From positions 1 through 35,943 of the forward strand of contig DATEIF010000362.1 of assembly GCA_035279205.1 (NCBI GenBank): a DNA stretch of 35,943 nt. The letters are read 5' to 3'. Each line of letters begins with the position of its first letter. Position 1 is the first letter of the stretch. The position numbers and the translations under genes were made by a program. The notes beneath the pieces are model-generated. The model was not told the DNA's origin and ran no database searches. It worked only from the letters and a program-made list of their open reading frames with translations. The stretch comes from Vineibacter sp. Lineage in GTDB: Bacteria; Pseudomonadota; Alphaproteobacteria; Reyranellales; Reyranellaceae. Below are positions 1 through 7,436 of this stretch, one piece after another.

Positions 1-102
1 GGTGGCGCGCAGCGCCGGATGGGGGATGCTTCGGACACACCGAGCGCGTGAAGGCAACCCCCATCCGCCCTTCGGGCACCTTCCCCCGCAGGCGGGGGAA
101 GG
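1..102. repeat. Palindromic intergenic repeat family A (RIME/REP-like), truncated by window start
   Basis: Arms GGTGGCGCGCAGCGCCGGATGGGGG and CCCCCATCCGCCCTTCGGGCACC, plus terminal hairpin CCTTCCCCCGC-AG-GCGGGGGAAGG; same design as 9936-10104 in the opposite orientation. Confidence 0.85.
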
Positions 103-115
103 TATGGATTGAGCC

Positions 116-952
116 CTAATCATCATAACTGTGCCCCGCCCGCAGGGCGACGCGCACGCGGTGGGCGATGTCGAGGAACGCCGGTGTCTCGCGCACGTCG
201 AGCGTGCGGTCGGGCGGCAGGTCGCTGTCGATCACCTCCACGATGCGGCCCGGCCGCGGCGACATCACCACGATGCGGTTGGAGAGGAACACGGCCTCGG
301 GGATCGAGTGGGTGACGAAGATCACCGTGACCTTGGTGCGTTCCCACAGCCGCAGCAGATGCTCGTTCAGATGATCGCGCGTGATCTCATCGAGCGCACC
401 GAACGGTTCATCCATCAGCAGCAGCGCCGGCTCGAACCCCAGTGCGCGGGCGATCGAGACCCGCTGTTGCATGCCGCCCGACAGCTGCCAGGGAAACTTG
501 CCCTCAAAGCCGTTCAGGCCCACCAGAGTCAGGTATTTCTCGACCCGGGCGGCCTGCTCGCTCCTGGGCATGCCCATGATCTCGAGCGGCAAGGTGAGGT
601 TGCGCCGCACGGTGCGCCAGGGGTAGAGCGCCGGCGCCTGGAAGACATAGCCATAGGCGCGCTGCAGGCGCGCCTGCTCGGGGCTCATGCCGTTGACAGT
701 GATGGTGCCGTCGGTGGGATCGACCAGGTTGGCGATCACCCGCATCAGCGTGGTCTTGCCGCAACCTGACGGGCCGATGAACGAGACGAACTCGCCGGTG
801 CGGATCTTCAGGTCGATGTCCGACAGCGCCACGACCGGTGTGTCCGCCGTGCGGTAGGTCAGGGACAGCTTGCGGATGTCGATGGCAACCGCGGCGTCCT
901 TCGTCTTGGGCTGTTCGGCCGGCTCAGGCGTTAGCATGCGCACAGTCTGCAC
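116..952 (-). CDS. ABC transporter ATP-binding subunit, NitT/TauT family (probably pyrimidine uptake)
   Basis: Walker A GPSGCGKT, LSGGMQQR signature, LLMDEPFGALD; downstream of preA. Start is GTG 952 (GGAG upstream) or ATG 937. Confidence 0.92.
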   Translation of the reverse strand: MQTVRMLTPEPAEQPKTKDAAVAIDIRKLSLTYRTADTPVVALSDIDLKIRTGEFVSFIGPSGCGKTTLMRVIANLVDPTDGTITVNGMSPEQARLQRAYGYVFQAPALYPWRTVRRNLTLPLEIMGMPRSEQAARVEKYLTLVGLNGFEGKFPWQLSGGMQQRVSIARALGFEPALLLMDEPFGALDEITRDHLNEHLLRLWERTKVTVIFVTHSIPEAVFLSNRIVVMSPRPGRIVEVIDSDLPPDRTLDVRETPAFLDIAHRVRVALRAGHSYDD

Positions 953-1021
953 TGCTTGAGAACTCCGTGAAAGCGTACAGACCGGATCGTAAGCACTGTG
1001 CCGGCCATCCCAAGAGCTCCG

Positions 1022-1090
1022 CTGTCATCCCGAGCGCGGCGAGGGATCCAGGAACGGCGCCTGGATCCCTCGCTGCGCTCGGGATGACAG
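1022..1090. repeat. Palindromic repeat family B (GTCATCCCGAGCG..CGAGGGATC / GATCCCTCG..CGCTCGGGATGAC)
   Basis: Near-perfect 69-nt inverted repeat in the preA-ABC intergenic gap; related copies at 5560-5637 and 6573-6677. Confidence 0.9.
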
Positions 1091-1130
1091 GGGAAGCGCT
1101 CGGGAGGACGGACGTGAGCCGATGCACCCG

Positions 1131-2408
1131 CTACTCCGCCGCCTGGCGCATCGGGTTGTTGGGATGCTGCGTCCAGTTGAGCGGCGGCTTGCCGGTCGGC
1201 ACCTCGACCATGGTGATGCAGCCGGTCACCGGGCAGGCATGCATGCAGAGATTGCAGCCGACGCACTCGGCGTCGATCACCTCGTAGCGGCGTGCGCCAT
1301 CGGCGCGCAGCGCCGCGATCGCCTGGTGCGAGGTGTCCTCGCAGGCGGCATGGCACAGGCCGCACTTGATGCAGAGGTCCTGGTCGATGCGGGCCAGGAT
1401 CTTGTGGTTGAGGTTGAGGTATTGCCAGTCCGTGACGTTGGGCACGGCACGACCGACCACGGCGGCGAGATCGGCGTGACGTTTCTCGTCCAGCCAGTTG
1501 TTGAGGCCGTCGACCATGTCGTCGATGATCTTGAAGCCGTAGTGCATGGCGGCGGTGCAGACCTGCACCGAGCCGGCGCCCAGCGCCATGAACTCGGCGG
1601 CGTCGCGCCAGGTGGAAATGCCGCCGATGCCCGAGATCGGCAGGCCGGCGCATTCGGGATCGCGCGCGATCTCCGCCACCATGTGCAGCGCGATGGGCTT
1701 CACGGCCGGGCCGCAATAGCCGCCATGCGTGCCCTTGCCGTCGACCGTCGGTGTCGGCGCCATCTTGTCGAGATCGACCGCGATGATCGAGTTCACCGTG
1801 TTGATCAGCGACACGGCATCGGCGCCGCCTCGCTTGGCAGCGCGCGCCGGGCCCAGGATGTTGGTGACGTTGGGCGTCAGCTTCACCAGCACCGGCATGC
1901 GGGTGTGCTGCTTGCACCAGCGCGTCACCATCTCGATGTATTCCGGCACCTGGCCCACCGCGGCGCCCATGCCGCGCTCGGACATCCCGTGCGGGCAGCC
2001 GAAATTCAGCTCGACCCCGTCGCAGCCGGTGTCCTCGACGACGGCGAGGATCTGCTTCCAGCTGTCCTCGACGCACGGCACCATCAGCGACACGATCACG
2101 GCACGGTCGGGCCAGTCGCGCTTGACCTGCTTGATCTCGCGCAGATTGACCTCGAGCGGCCGGTCGGTGATCAGCTCGATGTTGTTGAAGCCCACCATGC
2201 GCTGGCCGTTGACCTCCAGCGTGCCGTAGCGCGAGGCGGTGTTCACCACAGGCGGCCCGGCTTCGCCCAGCGTCTTCCACACCGCGCCGCCCCAGCCGGC
2301 CTTGAAGGCGCGCACGACGTTGTATTCCTTGTCGGTCGGCGGCGCCGAGGCGAGCCAGAACGGATTGGGCGACTTGATCCCGGCGAAGGTACAACGCAGG
2401 TCGGCCAT
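1131..2408 (-). CDS. preA: NAD-dependent dihydropyrimidine dehydrogenase subunit PreA (PydA)
   Basis: NPFWLASAPPT, ELNFGCPHGM, KLTPN, GGYCGPAVKPIAL; two C-terminal 4Fe-4S motifs CxxCxxCxxxC. Confidence 0.96.
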   Translation of the reverse strand: MADLRCTFAGIKSPNPFWLASAPPTDKEYNVVRAFKAGWGGAVWKTLGEAGPPVVNTASRYGTLEVNGQRMVGFNNIELITDRPLEVNLREIKQVKRDWPDRAVIVSLMVPCVEDSWKQILAVVEDTGCDGVELNFGCPHGMSERGMGAAVGQVPEYIEMVTRWCKQHTRMPVLVKLTPNVTNILGPARAAKRGGADAVSLINTVNSIIAVDLDKMAPTPTVDGKGTHGGYCGPAVKPIALHMVAEIARDPECAGLPISGIGGISTWRDAAEFMALGAGSVQVCTAAMHYGFKIIDDMVDGLNNWLDEKRHADLAAVVGRAVPNVTDWQYLNLNHKILARIDQDLCIKCGLCHAACEDTSHQAIAALRADGARRYEVIDAECVGCNLCMHACPVTGCITMVEVPTGKPPLNWTQHPNNPMRQAAE

Positions 2409-2420
2409 GGCGGTCCTCCC

Positions 2421-3773
2421 TCAGGCGTTTCGCAGAAAGTGGTCGATCGCATGCGCGGCGCGCTTGCCGTCCTGCACGGCGCTCACCGTCAGGTCCTGGC
2501 CGCCGGCAATGCAGTCGCCGCCAGCCCAGACATCGGGCAGCGATGTGCGGCCGGTGTCGTCGACCGCGATGCGTCCCTGCCGCAGGTCCAGCAGGTCGTG
2601 GCCGCCGTCTTGTACCGGGATCGCCACGAAGGTCTGGCCGATGGCCTTGAACAGCATGTCCGCTGCCAGCGCAAAGCGCGTGCCAGTGCCGACCAGCTTG
2701 CCGTCGGCGTCGAGCGTAGTGGCCTCGCATTCGACACCGGACAGGCGCCCGCCGTCGCTCAGCAAACGCACCGGACGTGCCCAGTGCTTGATCTTCACGC
2801 CGTTGGTCTGGGCGAATTCCTGCTCGTGGTGGGTGGCGCTCATGGCGTCGGGTCCGCGCCGATAGGCGATGGTGACGTCCTCGGCGCCCAGGCGTCTGGC
2901 CTGCACCGCGATGTCGATCGCCGTGTTGCCACCGCCGATCACGACCACGCGGCGTCCGATCGGCAATCGGGATTTGTCCGGCGCCTGGCGCAGCCGTTCG
3001 ATATAGGCAACGGCATCCTCGACGCCGGGCAGTGTCTCGCCATCAAGCTGCAGCGCATTCACGCCACCCAACCCGGTGCCGACGAAGACGGCGTCGTAGT
3101 CACGACGCAATTGCGCCAGGGTGATGTCGCGGCCCAGCGCCTGGTTGTGCCGCAGCTCGATGCCGCCCAGCGACAGGATGAAATCGACTTCGCGCTGCGC
3201 GAAATCGTGCGGCACCTTGTAGGCGGCGACGCCGTACTCGTTGAGCCCACCGGCCTTGGGACGTGCTTCGAAGACGACCGTATCGTGCCCCAGCAGCGCC
3301 AGGCGATGGGCGCAGGCGAGACCCGCCGGGCCGGCACCCACGACGGCGATGCGCTTGCCTGTAGGTGCGGCGCGCGTGAACGGCTGGATGCCGTGGTCGA
3401 ACAGCCAGTCGGTGGCGTAGCGCTGCAGGGCGCCGATATCGACCGGCTTGCCTTCCTGCGCCGTACGCACGCAGGCCCGCTCGCACAGGATCTCGGTCGG
3501 GCAGACGCGGGCACAGGCGCCGCCCATGATGTTCTCTTCCAGGATGGTGATCGCCGAGCCCTTGACGTTGTCGGTCGCGATCTTGCGGATGAAGCCCGGG
3601 ATGTCGATGCCGGTGGGGCAGGCCTCCAGGCAGGGCGCGTCGTAGCAGAAATGGCAGCGGCTGGCTTCGACCAGCGCGCGCTTTCGATCGAGCGGCGGTT
3701 CGACGTCGTCGAAGTGGCGCTGATACTGCTCGGCAGACAGCCGATTGGCCGCGATATCACCGATGTCCGCCAT
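2421..3773 (-). CDS. preT: Dihydropyrimidine dehydrogenase subunit PreT (PydX), GltD-like
   Basis: EASRCHFCYDAPCxxACP, CARVCP, GAGPAG and GGGNTAID motifs; start trimmed to ATG 3773 (MADIGDI). Confidence 0.93.
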   Translation of the reverse strand: MADIGDIAANRLSAEQYQRHFDDVEPPLDRKRALVEASRCHFCYDAPCLEACPTGIDIPGFIRKIATDNVKGSAITILEENIMGGACARVCPTEILCERACVRTAQEGKPVDIGALQRYATDWLFDHGIQPFTRAAPTGKRIAVVGAGPAGLACAHRLALLGHDTVVFEARPKAGGLNEYGVAAYKVPHDFAQREVDFILSLGGIELRHNQALGRDITLAQLRRDYDAVFVGTGLGGVNALQLDGETLPGVEDAVAYIERLRQAPDKSRLPIGRRVVVIGGGNTAIDIAVQARRLGAEDVTIAYRRGPDAMSATHHEQEFAQTNGVKIKHWARPVRLLSDGGRLSGVECEATTLDADGKLVGTGTRFALAADMLFKAIGQTFVAIPVQDGGHDLLDLRQGRIAVDDTGRTSLPDVWAGGDCIAGGQDLTVSAVQDGKRAAHAIDHFLRNA

Positions 3774-3858
3774 CGTCGCCCTGGCCTTTCGGATGGCGGT
3801 GTCCGCGGCCGGCCGATACCGGCTTGCCATCCCCTCTAAAAATGAGGGTAGCGAGAAT

Positions 3859-3874
3859 CTGACCAAACGGTCAA
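3859..3874. promoter_or_regulatory. RutR operator
   Basis: CTGACCAAACGGTCAA matches the established RutR consensus TTGACCAnnTGGTCAA and lies between divergent preT and rutR. Confidence 0.85.
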
Positions 3875-3908
3875 GATTTCGCGAGGGCAGATTCGGGAAA
3901 ACGGAGCG

Positions 3909-4700
3909 ATGGCCAAGCAAGCGGCAGGGCAGGGCGGCAGTATCCGAGCCCGCAACCAGGCGCGCATTCTGGTCGCTGCCGAGGCAGTGTTCGCGGAGGC
4001 GGGCTTCCAGGGTGCCACCACGGCCGCGATTGCCGCCCGCGCCAAGCTGCCCAAGGCCAACCTGCACTACTACTGCGGCACCAAGCGGGCGCTCTATCGC
4101 GCCGTGCTGGCCAACATCCTCGATCTGTGGCTGGGGGCGCTCGACGCCATCGACCGCGAGCGGCACCCGGTCGAGGCGCTGGATGACTACATTCGCGGCA
4201 AGATGTACTGGTCACGCACCCGGCCCAACGCCTCCAAAGTGTTCGCCAACGAGATCCTGCACGGCGCGCCGCAGCTGGGCAGCTACCTCGCCAACGATCT
4301 GCGCCGGCGCGTGGCGCAGAAGGCGGCCGTCTTCAAGCACTGGGCCAGCCGCGGCCTGATGGCGCCGGTCGACCCGGTGCATCTGCTGTTCAATCTCTGG
4401 GCGATGACCCAGCACTACGCCGACTTCGAGGTGCAGGTCCGCGCCGTGCTGGGACGCAAACGGCTGTCCGATGCCGATTTCGCCGCGGCGACCGATGCGA
4501 TCGTGAAGATGACGCTGGCGGGCTGCGGGGTGGACTCAAGAGCACTCCCCCACGCAGTGGGGGAGGTGGCCGAAGGCCGGAGGGGGAGCCGACGTGGTCT
4601 TCATTACCAAGACCACGTCGGTTCCCCTCCGCCCCTTCGGGGCTCCTCCCCAGCGAAGCTGGGGAGGAAAGCAAGTCAAGGCTTCAGCAAATCGCCGTAG
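3909..4700 (+). CDS. rutR: TetR family RutR-like pyrimidine regulator with a repeat-derived C-terminal extension
   Basis: N-terminal HTH (ILVAAEAVFAEAGFQGAT..LPKANLHYY) and RutR-like C-domain (FANEILHGAP, WAMTQHYADF); the last ~55 codons run through a repeat. Confidence 0.88.
   Translation: MAKQAAGQGGSIRARNQARILVAAEAVFAEAGFQGATTAAIAARAKLPKANLHYYCGTKRALYRAVLANILDLWLGALDAIDRERHPVEALDDYIRGKMYWSRTRPNASKVFANEILHGAPQLGSYLANDLRRRVAQKAAVFKHWASRGLMAPVDPVHLLFNLWAMTQHYADFEVQVRAVLGRKRLSDADFAAATDAIVKMTLAGCGVDSRALPHAVGEVAEGRRGSRRGLHYQDHVGSPPPLRGSSPAKLGRKASQGFSKSP
4545..4666. repeat. Family A-like palindromic repeat inside the rutR reading frame
   Basis: CTCCCCCACGCAGTGGGGGAG hairpin, GGCCGAAGGCC, central palindrome CCGACGTGGTCTT-N7-AAGACCACGTCGG, then CCCCTTCGGGG and CTCCCCAGCGAAGCTGGGGAG. 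Confidence 0.82.
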
Positions 4701-5539
4701 GTTTCCGGGCGGCGGTCGCGGAAGAACTGCCAGAGGTTGCGCACCTCGCGCACCATCTCCAGGTCCATGTCGGCAGTGACAAGCTCGTCCTTGTCGCCGC
4801 TGGCCTGGGCGATGATCTTGCCGCGCGGATTGACGAAGTAGCTCGAGCCGTAGAATTTGCCGATGTTCCACGGCGCCTCGGTGCCGATGCGATTGACGGC
4901 GCCGATGTAGCAGCCGTTGGCGACGGCGGCGGCCGGCTGCTCGAGCTCCCACAGATACTGGCTGAGACCGGCGACGGTGGCCGAGGGGTTCACGATGTAC
5001 TCGGCACCGTTGAGCGCCAGCGCACGCCAGCCTTCGGGGAAGTGGCGGTCGTAGCAGATATAGACGCCGAGCTTGCAGTAGGCGGTCTGGAACACGGGAT
5101 AGCCGAGATTGCCGGGCCGGAAGAAGAACTTCTCATAGAAGCCGGCGACCTGCGGGATGTGGTTCTTGCGGTACTTGCCAAGATATTTGCCGTCGGCATC
5201 GATCACGGCGGCGGTGTTGTAGTAGACGCCGGTGATCTCCTCTTCGTAGATCGGCGCCACGATGACCATACTGTGCTTGCGCGCCAGCTCCTGCATCAGC
5301 GTCACGGTGGGGCCATCGGGGATGCGCTCGACGGCGGCATACCACTTGCTGTCCTGGCTGGGACAGAAGTAGGGCTGGGTGAACACCTCCTGCATGCAGA
5401 GCACCTGCACGCCCTGCTTGGCCGCCGCCGCGATCAGCGGCACGTGCGCCTCGATCATGTGCTCGCGGATGGCGGCAGGCTCGAGGTTGGTGCCGCCCTT
5501 GAGCTGCATCTGGATCAATCCGCCTTTGATCGTCGTCAT
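4676..5539 (-). CDS. Nitrilase-family beta-ureidopropionase (N-carbamoyl-beta-alanine amidohydrolase)
   Basis: E-K-C triad motifs QEVF, YRKNHIP, ICYDRHF; pyrimidine cluster context; ATG 5539 with GAGGGG RBS. Confidence 0.85.
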   Translation of the reverse strand: MTTIKGGLIQMQLKGGTNLEPAAIREHMIEAHVPLIAAAAKQGVQVLCMQEVFTQPYFCPSQDSKWYAAVERIPDGPTVTLMQELARKHSMVIVAPIYEEEITGVYYNTAAVIDADGKYLGKYRKNHIPQVAGFYEKFFFRPGNLGYPVFQTAYCKLGVYICYDRHFPEGWRALALNGAEYIVNPSATVAGLSQYLWELEQPAAAVANGCYIGAVNRIGTEAPWNIGKFYGSSYFVNPRGKIIAQASGDKDELVTADMDLEMVREVRNLWQFFRDRRPETYGDLLKP

Positions 5540-5559
5540 GGCGCAGCCCCTCATTCAGC

Positions 5560-5637
5560 CCGCCATCGCGAGCCCTCGTCATCTCAAGCGTAGCGAGGGA
5601 CCTCCCGCGAGGGGAGTCCCTAAAGTCGGGATGGCGG
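5560..5637. repeat. Degenerate family B repeat with a doubled left arm
   Basis: CCGCCATCGCGA (5560-5571) pairs 11/12 with TCGGGATGGCGG (5626-5637); a second arm GTCATCTCAAGCGTAGCGAGGGAC lies inside. Confidence 0.65.
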
Positions 5638-5783
5638 ATGAGACGTGCCGAGACCGCGGTCGATCCAGAACCGAGAATGATTTCCGTCAGCAAGCCTGAC
5701 CGACCACCGGAAATTTGGACACAACGGCAACCTCGCGGCCTCAGGGTAAAGGCCGCGCTGTCGCCGTCGTCGCGCGTGGCTGG

Positions 5784-5987
5784 TTACAGGACCGTCGTGA
5801 CGGACGATCCGAACAGGAGGCGCGCTACAACGCCTGCCAACAGGATGCCGGCGCCGATCAACCCTGCGAAAATCAGGTACTCGAGGATACGCGCGCTGAC
5901 CAACGTCATGCGCGAAGGGACATCCTGGGACCGCTCCTCCGCGGCTGGCGAGCGGGCGCTTGCTTCGAACATGTCATGGCGTGTCAT
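5784..5987 (-). CDS. Small single-TM hypothetical protein (67 aa), weakly Flp-pilin-like
   Basis: GGAGGG RBS 6 nt before ATG 5987; polar N-terminus, then ILEYLIFAGLIGAGILLAGVVARLLFG. Confidence 0.55.
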   Translation of the reverse strand: MTRHDMFEASARSPAAEERSQDVPSRMTLVSARILEYLIFAGLIGAGILLAGVVARLLFGSSVTTVL

Positions 5988-6233
5988 GAAAAACCCTCCG
6001 CCCATGAGATTGCCGACAGGGCCAACAGGGGCTGCCATGGGCGGCACGGCAAGCCGTCAGGCCAAACGGCACTCTTCGACGCCGATAACGGGCGCCGACC
6101 GACATATGACCAATGTCGTGACCGGGGACTTGGTTGCCAGTGCTGCGCTGCGGCAGCACAGGTTTGTCACAACCGGTTATTGCACCCGGAAGTGGACTTT
6201 TTCGTTGTTGTGCCAGGCAATCAGAATTCGAAT

Positions 6234-6239
6234 TATAAT
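6234..6239 (+). promoter_or_regulatory. Putative sigma70 -10 element for ORF 6272
   Basis: Perfect TATAAT in an AT-rich patch 32 nt upstream of the ATG; no clear -35. Confidence 0.45.
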
Positions 6240-6271
6240 GGCGCTGGTCCCGTCCGGCGATGGAGCGACCC

Positions 6272-6562
6272 ATGGCGAAAAGCGAGGATGTCCGCGCGCT
6301 CAGACGCGCCGCCGAGGACATTGACGATGCGCTTGAGCTTTATCGGCCGTTCATCGCGGCAGCCGAAGGGGACGCATGGCGGCAGGTGCACGAGTTGTTG
6401 CAGTTGATCGGACGTTTTGCCGAGGAGGCGAACGCACCCGAAACGGTCTGGCGTGAAGTTGAAGACACGCTGCACGAAGTTCATGAGGCACTGCTGGCTG
6501 CCGTATCGCGCGGTCGAGCCCGCGGACGCGAGACGCCCGATCCCCAACTGCCCGTGAGCTAG
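6272..6562 (+). CDS. Small acidic helical hypothetical protein (96 aa)
   Basis: GGAG RBS at 6262-6265; natural amphipathic composition; no family recognised. Confidence 0.65.
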   Translation: MAKSEDVRALRRAAEDIDDALELYRPFIAAAEGDAWRQVHELLQLIGRFAEEANAPETVWREVEDTLHEVHEALLAAVSRGRARGRETPDPQLPVS

Positions 6563-6572
6563 TAAGTCGCGA

Positions 6573-6677
6573 CTGTCATCCCGAGCGCCCCGTCGACAGC
6601 CTGAGGAGAGGGATCTCCTGCGAGCGACGCTTGGTGCGCCATTCGCGGGAGATCCCTCGCTACGCTCGGGATGACGG
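6573..6677. repeat. Family B repeat with an interrupted or doubled left arm
   Basis: CTGTCATCCCGAGCG..GAGGGATCTCC and GGAGATCCCTCGCTACGCTCGGGATGACGG, between convergent ORF6272 and pcp. Confidence 0.85.
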
Positions 6678-6689
6678 TGGCACCGGCGC

Positions 6690-7340
6690 TCAATGGAGGG
6701 CGCCCGCCGCAAGGCGGATGTCGGTCGTCACTTCAAGTGACGTCTCGATCGCAATGCGCAGAGCGGCGGTCAAGGAGTCGATCGCCAGGCTCGCGCTGCC
6801 GGGATGATGCGTGGCTTGCTCGGGAAGGTACGGGATGTGGATAAAACCGGCGCGCCGCACGGCCGGATGGGCCGTCTCCGCCAGATGGCGCAGCATGTAG
6901 AACGTGTGATTGCAGACATACGTGCCGGCGGTGTTGGACACTTGCGCCGGCAAGCCCGCGCTGCGCAGGCGCTGCAGGATCGCCTTCACCGGCAAGGTGG
7001 TGAAATAGGCCGAGGGTCCGCCGGCGACGACGGGGTGGTCGATGGGCTGCGCACCCTCATTGTCGGGGATGCGCGCGTCGTCGACGTTGATCGCGACGCG
7101 CTCCAGTGACACGTCGACCCGGCCGCCGGCCTGCCCGACACAGATCGCAAGATCAGGCTTGAGCGTCGCCAGTTCGTGCTCGAGCGCCGGACGGATGGCG
7201 CTGAAGACGCAGGGCAGTCGGCGCGCGGTGACGACATGCGCCGTGCCGCGCCACCCGTCCAGGCGGCGCGCGACCTCCCACGCCGGATTGATGGCCTCGC
7301 CGTCGAACGGCTCGAACCCGGTGATCAGAACCCGCTTCAC
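6690..7340 (-). CDS. pcp: Pyroglutamyl-peptidase I
   Basis: LITGFEPF, GQAGGR, ERVAIN, SNTAGTYVCN (catalytic Cys), GFIHIP; GTG start at 7340. Confidence 0.95.
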   Translation of the reverse strand: MKRVLITGFEPFDGEAINPAWEVARRLDGWRGTAHVVTARRLPCVFSAIRPALEHELATLKPDLAICVGQAGGRVDVSLERVAINVDDARIPDNEGAQPIDHPVVAGGPSAYFTTLPVKAILQRLRSAGLPAQVSNTAGTYVCNHTFYMLRHLAETAHPAVRRAGFIHIPYLPEQATHHPGSASLAIDSLTAALRIAIETSLEVTTDIRLAAGALH

Positions 7341-7436
7341 GTTGTGCCACCCTTCCGACGCATCAGCGTCCGCATCGTAGACCCGTGCCGCCACAGGCTG
7401 ATACGATTTTGTCGGTCAGCGGAGGAACAGGCACAG

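Noticed and set aside
1122-3839. 905-aa + strand ORF, and similar long ORFs at 931-2730, 7416-9065, 10637-12616, 18422-19879 and 32923-34269
   Set aside because: Shadow frames overlapping well-supported genes; stop-poor frames are expected in high-GC DNA and they show no motifs
3774-4166. 130-aa N-terminal extension of PreT in the ORF track
   Set aside because: Overlaps rutR and its operator; PreT similarity begins at MADI (3773)
5697-5714. CTGACCGACCACCGGAAA as a second RutR site for the nitrilase
   Set aside because: Only one half-site matches and the spacing is wrong
6010-6100. Minus-strand GGCCTGAC..ATGGCAGCC resembling part of a c-di-GMP-I riboswitch before the pilin-like ORF
   Set aside because: No GNRA-capped P2 stem and no conserved GnAAA/GCAAA segments; only an Infernal search against the c-di-GMP-I model could rescue it
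5638-6407. 228-230 aa + strand ORFs across the small-ORF region
   Set aside because: No RBS, unnatural composition, and conflict with two better-supported small ORFs
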